Virus record (IMG/VR): IMGVR_UViG_3300042815_000183
Coordinates: 1-35,144 of that record
DNA: 35,144 nucleotides
Source: a virus
Lineage: Duplodnaviria > Caudoviricetes
Strand: one strand, 5' to 3'
In this document: piece after piece, positions 17,513 through 28,510 of the stretch
Position numbering within the stretch: the first letter of the stretch is position 1
How the letters are laid out: the number at the start of each line of letters is the position of its first letter
Translations under genes and position numbers: made by a program
Notes under the pieces: generated by a model
Seen by the model: only the letters and a program-made list of their open reading frames with translations
What the model was told of the DNA's origin: nothing
Databases searched by the model: none

Positions 17513-19645
17513 ATGCCAGTAATTGGAGGCACAACTTCTACTTCATTTAGTACAGATTCAGGATATGTACAAACATCGCTAACACCAGCCGCTTCGGCGC
17601 GTGTGGCATTCAACGGTAACAGGCCAATTAAGATTACCCGGCTTCGCACCTACGTTTCTTCTTACGACGAAGTTGGAAACATTGTTGCCAGCATTGGAAG
17701 CTTTAGTGGAACATTTAATAACGTCGCGATTGACTCAACTCCTGGGCTCTCTAGCTGGGTAACACTTTCAGGTTCTTTTATTAATGGAAGCACATCTACC
17801 AATTTCCGACTTAACCCATCAACGGGCGGTGGTGTCTACTTTAAACGATCTAGTTCAGGAACTACGACCAAAGAAGACGGATATACGTGGGCTGGAACCA
17901 TGTACTGCGAATACGACTACGCTCAAGTACCTGCTGCATCAGCGGCACTTCAAGTATCTGTTAGTAGCGGTACAGGTGTTGTAAGTTTGCAGTGGGACCA
18001 ATTTCCTGATAACGGCGGCTCAACCATTACTGGGTTTGACATCTATCGAGGCACAGCAACAGGCACTATCACAACGCTGATTGGTAGTGTCACCGGAGGG
18101 ACTTTCTCCTACACGGCACCAGACAGCACTCTGTATTACTACCACGTCAGGGCAAAAAATGCTGTATCAACCGCAGCTAGCACCACTGGTCCGGCCTCAA
18201 ATGTGGTCTCTGCGGCTGCATCATTTAGCGTAGACGATCAAAGACCGACAGCCCTTACCGCCACTGCCAGCGGAACTACAGGGCAAATTAACTTGTCGTG
18301 GACGGCACCAGCAATCCCAGCCACACCTAGTAGCTACGGCTATCGAATTTACAGGAATGGCGTTCTGATACATACCATTTCCTTGGCCAATCCCCCAGCT
18401 ACAACATATACTGCAACGGGGCTGACTCCAGGTGTTCAGTATAGTTTCTACGTTACTGCACTTAGCTCGGCTGGTGCGGAAAGCGCTGCTTCTAACACTG
18501 CTACCGCCACAGCACCCGGTGCGGCGGCGGCCCCATCAGCTATTGCCGTCACATCAGTCATTACAACAACGGCTCTGGCCTCAATCGAAGTTCCCAAGCA
18601 ACTTCGTATTTCGTGGACCGCGCCAGCGGATATGACCAGTACTGGTGGATACAAAATCTACCGGAACGATGTTCAAATTGCTGGAGTTGGTGTGGCGGGT
18701 TCTATTATTGGAAATATGACAACCCCCTTCTACATTGACAGCGATGCAGCGTTGATTGCCGGAACCGAGTACACCTACACAATTCGAGCGTACTTAGCGA
18801 GCTCTAGTGAAGTTGGTATCCTGTCAGCTCCCGTCTCAGGGATCCCTGTGAACGCATCTGTTCAAGCCGTTACAGACACGGTGGCAAACTTGACCAACGC
18901 TGAATTTGACGGGACCTATGACGACGTAGTCACTGTCATCAGTCCTACGACATTTAGCTACCCCGTGGCGGGCGGAACAGCATATTCAGTTCAGTCAGTA
19001 GATGATGGTTTCGGAACTGTCTCGGCGTCCTTGCTTGCAATCTTTGGGAATGACTACGCAATTGCGACAGCCGCAGATACCTCCTTTACTTTTGCATTCA
19101 GTAGCGCTCTGCCCAGTATCACTACTCCAATTAGTATTAGCGCTACTGCCACCAACAAGACAAATGCTGCCTTGAGCGGTAATTTCACAGTAGACGCTAG
19201 TACCCCAACTCGGCCTACTTCAACTGTCAAATACTCTGTCACGGGTGCGGCACTGACCGCGAACATTACGACAATTGCCACTGCTGGAACTGCAAACAAC
19301 CTAGACTCGGGCGTAATCAATGACACAAGGCCTGTGGTAACCGTTCCGTCTGCGTCGTCATTTACGTATGTCAAGACCAGCGGAGGCGGAATTGCTACAG
19401 ACCAGGCTGAAACTATCACTACCGGTGTAGTCACTGTTCCGGCCAATAAAAATATCTACAATGGCGTCAGCAAAACTGTCACAAGTATCCCTCGATACGA
19501 CACTGTGGTCTATACGACTACCGGAGTTGCGGACTCTGGTGAGACCAGTGAAAATGTGAGCCCTACTTTCCCCGAAGAAACCGCTCGACGAACATCCAGC
19601 ACTGCATCGGCTGAAATTGAATACCGCTCAGGCTGGATTGGGTAG
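17513..19645 (+). CDS. Minor tail protein with three fibronectin type III domains, repeat C-halves and a Dit-like terminal strand
   Basis: Three FN3 signatures (LQW/LSW/ISW...Y/F.IYR...Y...V/I.A); ends ...AEIEYRSGWIG. Confidence 0.75.
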   Translation: MPVIGGTTSTSFSTDSGYVQTSLTPAASARVAFNGNRPIKITRLRTYVSSYDEVGNIVASIGSFSGTFNNVAIDSTPGLSSWVTLSGSFINGSTSTNFRLNPSTGGGVYFKRSSSGTTTKEDGYTWAGTMYCEYDYAQVPAASAALQVSVSSGTGVVSLQWDQFPDNGGSTITGFDIYRGTATGTITTLIGSVTGGTFSYTAPDSTLYYYHVRAKNAVSTAASTTGPASNVVSAAASFSVDDQRPTALTATASGTTGQINLSWTAPAIPATPSSYGYRIYRNGVLIHTISLANPPATTYTATGLTPGVQYSFYVTALSSAGAESAASNTATATAPGAAAAPSAIAVTSVITTTALASIEVPKQLRISWTAPADMTSTGGYKIYRNDVQIAGVGVAGSIIGNMTTPFYIDSDAALIAGTEYTYTIRAYLASSSEVGILSAPVSGIPVNASVQAVTDTVANLTNAEFDGTYDDVVTVISPTTFSYPVAGGTAYSVQSVDDGFGTVSASLLAIFGNDYAIATAADTSFTFAFSSALPSITTPISISATATNKTNAALSGNFTVDASTPTRPTSTVKYSVTGAALTANITTIATAGTANNLDSGVINDTRPVVTVPSASSFTYVKTSGGGIATDQAETITTGVVTVPANKNIYNGVSKTVTSIPRYDTVVYTTTGVADSGETSENVSPTFPEETARRTSSTASAEIEYRSGWIG

Positions 19646-19647
19646 TG

Positions 19648-19653
19648 TAAAAT
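19648..19653 (+). promoter_or_regulatory. Candidate -10 element (TAAAAT)
   Basis: gtgTAAAAT right after the upstream stop, same context as gtgTATAAT at 10125-10133. Confidence 0.3.
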
Positions 19654-19679
19654 AAAAGTAACGACAAAAGACTAGGCAC

Positions 19680-22600
19680 ATGGCTACCGTAACCGCACCC
19701 GTTTATCGATACTTCACCGCCGATCTTCTCACGAATGAAATTCTTGAGGAAATCCCGTTCCGTGGAGTGTCGTACCAGCGTGCCCTGAACGGTGCTGGAT
19801 CTTTCTCAGGATCGATTCCAACCTCCGAGCAGACCAACTATCTCAACCTCTACTCGAGCACGACGCCGGGAAACACCGCTCTCTACATTGTCCGAGACGG
19901 AATCTGCGTCTGGGGTGGGATTATCTGGTCCCGGTCGTACGACGTTGTGCAGAAGACGCTCTCCGTCAGTGGTTCGGAATTTCCTAGCTACCTCTACCAC
20001 CGCAAGATTTGGAAGACTTACAGCCACACCCTCGGGTCTACGCTGACCGTGGAAAGCGGAGTCGGAACAGTAGACCTCGACCTTGGCTACACTAGCGGTG
20101 CTCTCAAGTCTGGCCGCACAGTAGAGCTGCAGTTCGCTGACTTCCGGTACGACGGCATCTACACAATTGCGTCGAGTCCAGCTCCCACAATTAGACAATT
20201 CACTCTTAATAGTCTCAATAGTGTGGTAACGCTGTCTTCTGCCTCGGTTGCAGACAACGTTGTGACCATTACTACCGTTGAGGACCACAAATATAGGACC
20301 GATGATCTCGTCACTATTGACTCATCCTTGACCAGTATCAACGGAACTGACTTCAAGATCACGGCGTCGGGGGTGGATAGCAAGCAGTTCTCTTACGCTC
20401 TAACCTTGGCCAACGCCGATAGCGCAACTATCACTGGCACAGGAACTCGAACTATCCCGGACGGCACTTATGACAAGGTCAACGTCTCGGTGCGGACCGA
20501 CACATACGACTACATCCGCGACTTGTTGTCGGGCATGGCCAGCGACTTTGTCGGTGTCAACTTTCCCAACGTCTACGTTGAGCCAGGACTCAGCTACTCA
20601 CTCGACATCGTCTCAAAGAAACTTGCTGATGGGTTCGCCACCATTACAACGGCTCAGCCGCATGGTCTTGTCTCGCAGCAGGCTGTCCAGATCAAAAATG
20701 TTGACGACAACTTTGACGGCGAGTACCGCGTCTACTCGGTCCCCAGCCCCACCACCTTTACGTTTGAAAAGACTGGAACACTCTCCCCAACTGCAGTAGC
20801 AAAATCGAAAGCAACCGTTACAAAGATGGTGGCGGTTGAAGGCCTCACTACAATTACAACAGCAGCAGCCCATGGATTTAGTGTTGGACAGACTGTTGAG
20901 GTCAACACTCAGATTGGCTCACTCGGATATGGGGGCTACTTCAACGGTTCGCAAACGATCACCGACACGACTGCAACTACCTTTACATATCAAGAGGCGT
21001 CTAAGGCCAGCGTCCCAGAAACTACGTTCAATAATGCAACTGCCACTGTTGGTGCGAGCTCGGCTGGTGTAGTGCAGGCGAAACTTACCTCCAATGTTGC
21101 CACCATTACAACGGATAAAGCTCACGGGTTTACTGCTGGTCAGTCAGTCGTAGTCGCTAACACTTCCCCGCTGATTCAAATTGCTTCCCGAGCACTTCGC
21201 GTTGCATCTGGTTCTGGTACTGCCACAGTACAGACTAGTGCGATTCACAGCCTGAACAATAGCGATGTGGTTGACATCACAGGACTTCAGGACTCGGCCT
21301 TTATTTTTTCGATTTACGTCAAAGACAATATTGCTACACTCAAGACTTCTAAATCAGTCAACTTTAAAAATGGCGACACCATAACCGTTTCTGGGGTCAG
21401 CACACCGACAAGAATCACCCACAAGTCCCGAACTAGTAACAGCGTCACTCTTACCCTGAGCACAGATGCCACATACAAGCATCCCTATTCAATTGGGGAC
21501 GAAGCAGTCATTGAAAATATCTATGACTATGTCACCGTACAAAAACAAAGAATTAGCAGTGCGGTAGCAACCCTAACAGTTCCGACAGGTCACGGAATTA
21601 CAGTTGGCACCACAATTACAGTTAAAAAGTGTACAGACTCTGAAACCCTGATTAGCAAGCGAGCCTCTCGCGGGTATGCCACTGTTACAACAGGTGGACC
21701 ACACAACTTTAGCTCTGGCGACACTGTCACAATTTCTGGAGCAGGGTCAGGCTTTAACGGAGAGCACCGCGTTACCGAACCCATTACCAGCAATAGTTTT
21801 AGCTATGAAGTAATCCTGGACGATGAGCTAGTAACGAGGCCCAACAGAAAAACAGTTGTTGCTGAAAAGTCCATTACCGGGACTGTAACTACCAATGAGG
21901 CCGTATTCAACGGCGACTTTGAGGTGTCTGCAGTTTCTGATACTACAGTTTCTTATCAGATTAACAACGCATACGACTCCCCCCTTACTACATCAGCGGG
22001 TACCGCTCAAATCGTGCTCTTGAGTCCGATGAACGGAACCTACGCCCTTACTAATGTATCTACTACTCAGATTACCTATACTCAAAACGGAGCCAATGTC
22101 GCCAATGTTGCCGTGGAGCGTCCTGATAAGAATATCGAAACACCGTACCCTACGGCCACCCCCAAGACTAATATCTTGAACGGCGATCGAGTCATCACAA
22201 AAGTTGATGGCAACACTCTTACGTTTGCGGTGACACCGCCTCGAAACTTTAAGACCGACCCAGTACTGGCGGGTATCGTCACCAAAAACAGCGTATTTAA
22301 TGGAACTAACAAGACAATTAGCAACGCTACAAATAATGTCTTTGACTACTCCGCTGGGGCGCAAACCACAGCAGTTACAGAAGATGTTGTAAACTCCGTT
22401 GCCTACGCTAAAGCCACGAGCATCTATAACGGGACAAAGACTATTCTGTCTAGTCCAGCCCCGACGGAAAAGACGTTCTCGTACTCGGTGACGCACGGCG
22501 ACCGATCTCCTGAACTTATCATTAGTCAGGGCTCAGCAACCGTGCGACCTGTCGCCATTGCTAGTACATTTGGACCATTCCCTGGCAGTGCGGACATCGG

Positions 22601-23384
22601 ACTGTTGTTCTCGACTCGGGAGGCGTCTGGAATTAACACCGACCCACCCATTCATCGCGGCTTTGAACTCACGACTGTTGGGGAGGCGCTGGAGAAGTAC
22701 GCATCGTCCGTAGACGGATTCGACTATCGCATTGACTGTGAGTACGACGAGTCGACCATGACCTTCACCAAGACTTTTGTTATGCTCCCCCTTGAGTACC
22801 CCAATCCGCCAGAGGCAGGTGTGGTATCTCCCGTTAGTCGATATGGGGCTGACGAGGTTATCTTTGAGTACCCTGGAAATATTGGAAAGTTCTCCGTCAA
22901 CGAAAGTGCAGAGAATGCGTCTACGCGAATGTTTGTGGTTGGTAACGAAAACGCTGGCGACGACTACGGCTCGAACATTGGTGTCGCTGCCTTGACTGAC
23001 TTCCTCGATGGATCGCGTGGACGCAAGTGGCCCCTCCTCGACTTTGACGAGAAGGCCGACGACGCCAACAACAAGACTATTTTGTACGGATACGCCCGAC
23101 GCTACGCCCTCGAGGCCGCACCTCCAATGGCCGAATTTTCCATTAGCGTGAACGGGGCGCTAGAACCAATTGTTGGATCATATGCTCCTGGTGACTGGTG
23201 CAGTATTGTTGTTCGAGACCCGTTCATTCAGGCTCGACTGAGCACTGACCTTGAGCCTCGTGATACCGTGCTAGTCCGTAAAATTGAGTCCTACTCGGTC
23301 TCAGTTCCAGACGGTGTGACCTTCCCCGAGGAAGTAACGCTGACAGTTATTCCTGAGTGGGAGGTGGATGGCTTTGGCGACTAG
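19680..23384 (+). CDS. Baseplate hub/Tal-like minor tail protein with about 10 inserted beta-modules
   Basis: N-terminal [17 protein letters not shown]...[23 protein letters not shown] and C-terminal FEYPGNI...GSYAPGDW motifs of actinophage minor tail proteins; central AHG..G repeats. Confidence 0.75.
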   Translation: MATVTAPVYRYFTADLLTNEILEEIPFRGVSYQRALNGAGSFSGSIPTSEQTNYLNLYSSTTPGNTALYIVRDGICVWGGIIWSRSYDVVQKTLSVSGSEFPSYLYHRKIWKTYSHTLGSTLTVESGVGTVDLDLGYTSGALKSGRTVELQFADFRYDGIYTIASSPAPTIRQFTLNSLNSVVTLSSASVADNVVTITTVEDHKYRTDDLVTIDSSLTSINGTDFKITASGVDSKQFSYALTLANADSATITGTGTRTIPDGTYDKVNVSVRTDTYDYIRDLLSGMASDFVGVNFPNVYVEPGLSYSLDIVSKKLADGFATITTAQPHGLVSQQAVQIKNVDDNFDGEYRVYSVPSPTTFTFEKTGTLSPTAVAKSKATVTKMVAVEGLTTITTAAAHGFSVGQTVEVNTQIGSLGYGGYFNGSQTITDTTATTFTYQEASKASVPETTFNNATATVGASSAGVVQAKLTSNVATITTDKAHGFTAGQSVVVANTSPLIQIASRALRVASGSGTATVQTSAIHSLNNSDVVDITGLQDSAFIFSIYVKDNIATLKTSKSVNFKNGDTITVSGVSTPTRITHKSRTSNSVTLTLSTDATYKHPYSIGDEAVIENIYDYVTVQKQRISSAVATLTVPTGHGITVGTTITVKKCTDSETLISKRASRGYATVTTGGPHNFSSGDTVTISGAGSGFNGEHRVTEPITSNSFSYEVILDDELVTRPNRKTVVAEKSITGTVTTNEAVFNGDFEVSAVSDTTVSYQINNAYDSPLTTSAGTAQIVLLSPMNGTYALTNVSTTQITYTQNGANVANVAVERPDKNIETPYPTATPKTNILNGDRVITKVDGNTLTFAVTPPRNFKTDPVLAGIVTKNSVFNGTNKTISNATNNVFDYSAGAQTTAVTEDVVNSVAYAKATSIYNGTKTILSSPAPTEKTFSYSVTHGDRSPELIISQGSATVRPVAIASTFGPFPGSADIGLLFSTREASGINTDPPIHRGFELTTVGEALEKYASSVDGFDYRIDCEYDESTMTFTKTFVMLPLEYPNPPEAGVVSPVSRYGADEVIFEYPGNIGKFSVNESAENASTRMFVVGNENAGDDYGSNIGVAALTDFLDGSRGRKWPLLDFDEKADDANNKTILYGYARRYALEAAPPMAEFSISVNGALEPIVGSYAPGDWCSIVVRDPFIQARLSTDLEPRDTVLVRKIESYSVSVPDGVTFPEEVTLTVIPEWEVDGFGD

Positions 23385-26300
23385 ACGCGTACGACGTAAC
23401 CGCAATGTCGGAAACAAGCTCAACGATCTCGAGTCGAGGGTTGACTCCAATGAGAAGAAGAAGATTCAAGATAACTCTGTTGGGGCTGCTCAGATTGCCA
23501 ATCAAGGTGTTGCCACCGACAACGTCCAAGATCGAGCCGTAACCAGCAACAAGATTGAGCTAGGTGCAATTAGCACCGAGCACTTGTCGCAGATCACTTC
23601 GCTGTCATCAGGTGGAGATTTGTCTTTGAATCTAGGCGATGAGGGCCATGTCGTACTTAATGGTGTCCGGTACGAATCTCCATATGACTCACTAGCAAGT
23701 GCTACTGGATTATATAGCTTAGCGTTTGATCCAGACACTAATGAAGTTTTAGTTTACCCGCAGCAACCTGGCGGCGATGCAGTCCTTACCCCCAGCGAGA
23801 TGAACTGGAAGCAGGTTACTGGAACCGGGACAACATCTGCCAACCCTACGCCACCTGTAACGCTTCTTGTTTTTGACAGTGACGGGACATATGTTCAGCC
23901 GAACAGTCCCCTTGTAACTGTTGGCGGTGCGGTTCTTGTTAGTGTGTCTGGGTATGTTCACGCAAACTCGACCCCACGAAGCTGGGTTGTTCAGTTGTAT
24001 CGAGGTAGCACTGCTATCGGCGTACAGCACTCATACGATTTCGACACAAGCAATGATGATTTAGCATTTGAGTTTAGTTTTATTGATGATGTAGCCGCTG
24101 GGACATATGTGTACTCCCTACGTCTAGTTAGCTCCCCCGCTGGAAGTCTTGACTGGTCTGCAGAAATGAATGTCATCGAGCTGATGGGATCCGTCGGGCC
24201 ACAGGGTAATACAGGAGTAACAGGCCCTACGGGCGCGATTGGTGCAACCGGAATTACGGGTCCAACAGGATCAGTAGGAGCTACTGGAGTTGCTGGTAAT
24301 ACTGGAGTAACAGGATCAACAGGTGCTATCGGAGTCACTGGCGCAACTGGCGCAACCGGATCAACTGGTGCCGTCGGTGCCACAGGTGCGGTAGGCGCGA
24401 CTGGTGCTGTCGGTAATACGGGCGCAGTTGGGGATACAGGAACAACTGGTGCCGTTGGACCAACAGGACCAACAGGCGCAACAGGTCCCACTGGCTCTAC
24501 AGGTGCAACAGGAGCAGGTGGGGCACTAGGCTACTACGGCTCGTTCTACGACATGACCGACCAACAACTTGCTTCTATTTCTGCGGAGCAAGTCATTGCA
24601 ATCGGTACCACGTCGGAGTCAAACGGCGTGAGCATCCAAAACGGCGACGAAGTTACATTTGCTTACGCTGGAACCTACAGCCTCACATTTTCTATCCAAA
24701 TTACCAACTATGCTAACTCTGTAGAGAAAGCAATTTTCTGGCTAAAGACAAATAACGTCGACTACCCAGACTCTGCCACTGAAATAGATTTACAGCCACG
24801 CAAAGCGGCAGACAACCCTAACCGCCAAGTAATCACAATCAACTATGTTGCAACTGCAACAGCGGGACAACAAGTACAGGTTTACTGGTCTGGCTCAAGC
24901 ACTCAACTTCGAGTAGAGTCCCTGCCCGCTGGCACGTCGCCAGTCTCTCCCGCAGTCCCGTCAATCATTCTTACCGCAGTACAGGTTATGTACACTCAAC
25001 TTGGACCGACGGGTGCTGTCGGCGCTACTGGTGTGACGGGACCCACGGGCGCTGTCGGGCCAACGGGCGCTCAAGGCGTAACTGGTCCGACTGGCTCGCA
25101 GGGTATTCAGGGAGTTACTGGACCGACAGGCGCACAAGGCATTCAAGGCATTCAAGGTCCGACTGGCGCACAAGGTTTGACGGGTGCCACGGGTCCGACT
25201 GGCGCTACGGGCGAGACGGGGGCAGTAGGAAATACTGGGGCAACTGGAACCAATGGAATTGACGGTGCTACTGGTGCTCAAGGAAATACTGGTGTAACTG
25301 GGGCAACAGGGGCAGTCGGAAATACTGGACCAACTGGCGCAATCGGTAATACGGGTGCACAAGGTGAAACTGGAGCTGTTGGTCCCACTGGTTCAGTTGG
25401 TAATACTGGAGCACAAGGAGTTACAGGTGCAACTGGCGCAGTAGGTAACACAGGCGTTACTGGACCAACGGGTGCTGACTCAACTGTTGTTGGACCAACA
25501 GGAGCTGTCGGTCCGACTGGTGCTGTAGGTGCTACTGGAAATACTGGATCACAAGGCAACACTGGTCCAACAGGTGCTGTCGGAGATACAGGTGCTGTCG
25601 GAAATACTGGAGCAGTAGGAAACACGGGTGCAACTGGTGCTGATAGTACGGTTGCTGGGCCTACGGGCGCAGTCGGGGCAACGGGTGCGGTGGGCGCGAC
25701 TGGTGCTACTGGTGCAACAGGTGCTACTGGTCCTACGGGTGCCGATAGTACGGTTGCTGGGCCTCAAGGAAACACTGGAGCAACAGGAGCAACAGGTCCT
25801 ACAGGCGCGGACTCAACAGTAGCTGGTCCTACGGGAAATACTGGTGTGACAGGATCAACAGGATCAACAGGATCAACTGGTTCAACTGGTGCAACAGGTT
25901 CGACAGGGCCAACCGGCCCAACACCATCTTCTTCAGTAATACTTCGTCTAACCGTCACGGGTGGGACGTCAGTAGACCTTACTGGCGCACCTGCAATTGT
26001 CTATGCTGTACTTGCAGCAGGTGGCGGTGGAGGAGGCGGCACCAGCGGCGCTACCTCGGTAGCTGCTGGTGGGGGTGGGGCAGGAGCCGTAGTTTCAGGC
26101 TGGGTGCCTGCACTAAGCACAGTCACCCTTGGAGCCGGCGGCTCGGGGGGAACTACGACGGCTGGCGGAACCGGAGGAACCTCGTACTATTCTGGGCTGG
26201 TCGCTTTTGGGGGAGCTGGCGGTGGACTCGGCGGAGGGGTCGGTTCGGCTGGGTCTAACGGTTCAGCCGGCGGAGGCGGCGGCGGAAGCACGACAGTCGG

Positions 26301-26805
26301 ATTTGCTGGAGGCGCATCAAGTTCAATCGGGTACAACGTCGGCGGATCGGGCGGAGCTGGAGTTTTTGCAGCTGCTTTTGCAGGAGGAACTGATGGTACA
26401 CCCGGAAGCTCTGGAGGAGGTGGTGGATCAGCGGTGACTTCTGGAACAGCAAGCAACTCTGGAGGTGGGACTGGCGGAACCGGACTGGCTGGAGGTGGCG
26501 GTGGCGGGGCGTACAACACGTCGGCCTCAAACACCGGAACTGCTGACGGCGGCTCCGGAGGAGCTAGTTTTAGATTCTCTGGTGGGTCTACTGCCGTATC
26601 TGGGAGCAGTACAGGAGTTAAAGGCTCATCTGGAGCTGGTGGCGCTGGAATTGCAGCTGCTGGCTCAAACGGAGCTTCAGGTACAGGATCAGGAGCACGT
26701 ACCGGAGGAGCCGGAGGAGCCGGAGGAGGCGGAGGCGGAGGAGCCGCAGGCCTTTCCGCAACTGGCGGCGCTGGCGGAGCCGGTGCGCTCCTTCTGTACT
26801 GGTAG
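23368..26805 (+). CDS. Collagen-like tail fibre with C-terminal glycine-rich domain
   Basis: Two long Gly-X-Y blocks (about 24187-24520 and 25003-25923; [12 protein letters not shown]) flanking a YYGSFYD beta-domain; Gly-rich C-terminus ending LLYW; 17-nt overlap with the upstream gene. Confidence 0.85.
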   Translation: MALATRRVRRNRNVGNKLNDLESRVDSNEKKKIQDNSVGAAQIANQGVATDNVQDRAVTSNKIELGAISTEHLSQITSLSSGGDLSLNLGDEGHVVLNGVRYESPYDSLASATGLYSLAFDPDTNEVLVYPQQPGGDAVLTPSEMNWKQVTGTGTTSANPTPPVTLLVFDSDGTYVQPNSPLVTVGGAVLVSVSGYVHANSTPRSWVVQLYRGSTAIGVQHSYDFDTSNDDLAFEFSFIDDVAAGTYVYSLRLVSSPAGSLDWSAEMNVIELMGSVGPQGNTGVTGPTGAIGATGITGPTGSVGATGVAGNTGVTGSTGAIGVTGATGATGSTGAVGATGAVGATGAVGNTGAVGDTGTTGAVGPTGPTGATGPTGSTGATGAGGALGYYGSFYDMTDQQLASISAEQVIAIGTTSESNGVSIQNGDEVTFAYAGTYSLTFSIQITNYANSVEKAIFWLKTNNVDYPDSATEIDLQPRKAADNPNRQVITINYVATATAGQQVQVYWSGSSTQLRVESLPAGTSPVSPAVPSIILTAVQVMYTQLGPTGAVGATGVTGPTGAVGPTGAQGVTGPTGSQGIQGVTGPTGAQGIQGIQGPTGAQGLTGATGPTGATGETGAVGNTGATGTNGIDGATGAQGNTGVTGATGAVGNTGPTGAIGNTGAQGETGAVGPTGSVGNTGAQGVTGATGAVGNTGVTGPTGADSTVVGPTGAVGPTGAVGATGNTGSQGNTGPTGAVGDTGAVGNTGAVGNTGATGADSTVAGPTGAVGATGAVGATGATGATGATGPTGADSTVAGPQGNTGATGATGPTGADSTVAGPTGNTGVTGSTGSTGSTGSTGATGSTGPTGPTPSSSVILRLTVTGGTSVDLTGAPAIVYAVLAAGGGGGGGTSGATSVAAGGGGAGAVVSGWVPALSTVTLGAGGSGGTTTAGGTGGTSYYSGLVAFGGAGGGLGGGVGSAGSNGSAGGGGGGSTTVGFAGGASSSIGYNVGGSGGAGVFAAAFAGGTDGTPGSSGGGGGSAVTSGTASNSGGGTGGTGLAGGGGGGAYNTSASNTGTADGGSGGASFRFSGGSTAVSGSSTGVKGSSGAGGAGIAAAGSNGASGTGSGARTGGAGGAGGGGGGGAAGLSATGGAGGAGALLLYW
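25849..25875 (+). repeat. 9-bp tandem repeat (acaggatca)x3 within the collagen block
   Basis: acaggatca acaggatca acaggatca, encoding TGS x3. Confidence 0.75.
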
Positions 26806-26817
26806 GAGTGAGACCCT

Positions 26818-27744
26818 ATGTTTGGTAATCTTTTAGTTCCCGAGGGTATGACCCTTAGATATACGTTTGCAAGTAGCGCGTACAGTCCGGGAGTTTACCA
26901 CACAGTAGATCTTACTGATGCACCTACCTTTGTTTTTGCTATCGTCGTTGGTGGTGGAGGCGCTGGAGGTAGCAGTAACGCACTTGGCCAAAGTGCGGGG
27001 GGAGGTGGTGCTGGAGCAATTAGTTATGGCTTAGTTCCTGCCTCGAGCAAGGCGTACTTTGGAGCCGGAGGCGTCGCAACTTCAAGTGGCTCAAATAACG
27101 GCAATCCGTCAGCCTACTCAACGCTTTACGCTGAAGGTGGGGCTGGCAGCCTTGGAGGAAATAACAGTGTGACGTCTGTAGCAAAATACGGTGCTGGCGG
27201 AGCTGGCGGACCAAAAGGTGGTAACAGCGGCACTATCTCTGGCGGTGCAGGAAGCACCCTGTGGTACAGCATTGGTGGCGCTGGTGGCGCTGGAGTTTCG
27301 GAGGACAATGCCAATGTTGGTAATCCTGGACAAGACGGCTCCTCTGGTGGAGGTGGTGGGGGCAGAACCAACCCGTCAACTACGGGACAAAATCCGTGCG
27401 TTGGAGGGGACGGTGGAAGTGGTTGGGTCGGTGGTGGTGGGGGGTCTGGAGTAACAAAGGATGCAACTCAGTCAGCCACCACCAGCGGGGGCAACGGTGG
27501 CAGCTCATACGCAGGATATTCTGGCGGAATAGGCGGAAGCATAACAAACTCAACAGACCGCGCCGCAAGTGGTGGCGGAGGAGCTGGGTACCTGGGGGAC
27601 GGATTCAATGGTTCGGCTGCTAGAACTTCTACCGGAGCCGTCGGAGGAGCTGGAGGAAATGGCGGGGGAGGCGGAGGCGGAGCAGGAGGCGACAACTCTT
27701 TAGGTGGAAATGGCGGAAACGGTTGTGTCCTTATTTATTGGTAA
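26818..27744 (+). CDS. Glycine-rich tail-tip protein, paralogous to the fibre C-terminal domain
   Basis: VDLTDAPTFVFAIVVGGGGAGG...GCVLIYW versus [22 protein letters not shown]...GALLLYW upstream; SD AGGAG. Confidence 0.8.
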   Translation: MFGNLLVPEGMTLRYTFASSAYSPGVYHTVDLTDAPTFVFAIVVGGGGAGGSSNALGQSAGGGGAGAISYGLVPASSKAYFGAGGVATSSGSNNGNPSAYSTLYAEGGAGSLGGNNSVTSVAKYGAGGAGGPKGGNSGTISGGAGSTLWYSIGGAGGAGVSEDNANVGNPGQDGSSGGGGGGRTNPSTTGQNPCVGGDGGSGWVGGGGGSGVTKDATQSATTSGGNGGSSYAGYSGGIGGSITNSTDRAASGGGGAGYLGDGFNGSAARTSTGAVGGAGGNGGGGGGGAGGDNSLGGNGGNGCVLIYW

Positions 27745-27759
27745 AGAAAAGAGAGTTAA

Positions 27760-27978
27760 ATGAACGTATATGCAGTAGTTAACCCAACTCAAGGGTACGT
27801 AACAAATGTCATTCTTGCTGACAACATAGACCAGGCTCGGGCCGTGATGAGCAACGTAGTTGAGGTCACGGAACTGACTGGCCCCGCAAGAATTGGTGGA
27901 TGGTGGAACGGGAGCGTTTTTATGGACGAACAACCAACAACTCCTGAAGAACCAATCATCGATGATAGTTCGGTGTAG
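27760..27978 (+). CDS. Small protein, possible tail-fibre assembly partner
   Basis: YAVVN...YVTNVILAD...IGGWWNGSVF...P pattern commonly seen after Gly-rich tail genes. Confidence 0.6.
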   Translation: MNVYAVVNPTQGYVTNVILADNIDQARAVMSNVVEVTELTGPARIGGWWNGSVFMDEQPTTPEEPIIDDSSV

Positions 27979-27992
27979 CGTCGATCCTGAGA

Positions 27993-28036
27993 TTGATACT
28001 CACACTGTTGTTTTATAAAAATGATAGAATAGAGGA
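27993..28036 (+). promoter_or_regulatory. Candidate sigma-70/SigA promoter region at the start of the replication module
   Basis: AT-rich gap with TTGATA (27993-27998), TATAAA (28014-28019) and extended -10 TGaTAGAAT (28022-28030); SD-like AGAGGA follows. Confidence 0.5.
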
Positions 28037-28039
28037 ACA

Positions 28040-28510
28040 ATGTACTACGTAAAAGACGGCCCGCGTACCCTCGAGTTCGAGGGGCGTCTTCTTGGGGAAT
28101 CTACTTCTCGGCGTGGTGACTCTATCCGGTGGATCGAGTTTAAGCTGTATCAGACCGAGAGCGGTGCGTACGTTCTCTCGCGCATTGGTCGATCAAAGGT
28201 TTATCATACAGCTTCATGTGCCTTGGTTTCTCGCTACGGGCTGACCGAGGTTGAGTGGAATGACATTGATATTGACTCACTTGAATGTCCTGAGTGTCTT
28301 CCGAGTGCTGAGGCTCAGCTGGTCTTTCCAGAAAAAAACCGATACTGGGCGCAAGTTAGTGACGAGCCGCAGGCGGTTCTCGAGGCTCTCTACAAGTATG
28401 ATGAAGGAGGTGCGCGATATCTGACTAAGGTCGCCCAGCGACTGCTTGAGTCGGCATCACACAACGACTCTCGTATAGAATCTATCTACAGAATAGAGCG
28501 CATCCCGTGA
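28040..28510 (+). CDS. Hypothetical protein with possible Zn ligands
   Basis: 156 aa; H..SC and CPEC. Confidence 0.7.
   Translation: MYYVKDGPRTLEFEGRLLGESTSRRGDSIRWIEFKLYQTESGAYVLSRIGRSKVYHTASCALVSRYGLTEVEWNDIDIDSLECPECLPSAEAQLVFPEKNRYWAQVSDEPQAVLEALYKYDEGGARYLTKVAQRLLESASHNDSRIESIYRIERIP

Noticed and set aside
17463-17515. Programmed -1 frameshift fusing ORF 14790 to ORF 17513
   Set aside because: The -1 frame is open locally and has C-runs, but there is no canonical slippery heptamer, and an ATG with a GAAGG upstream lies 2 nt after the stop; separate genes are simpler, though fusion is not fully excluded.
24187-25923. Collagen-region DNA repeats as a CRISPR or non-coding array
   Set aside because: The 9-nt periodicity with synonymous variation is fully explained by Gly-X-Y coding.
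25940-27744. Duplicated Gly-rich ends as a DGR template/variable repeat pair
   Set aside because: The DNA copies are diverged throughout rather than only at adenines, and no reverse transcriptase is present in the window.
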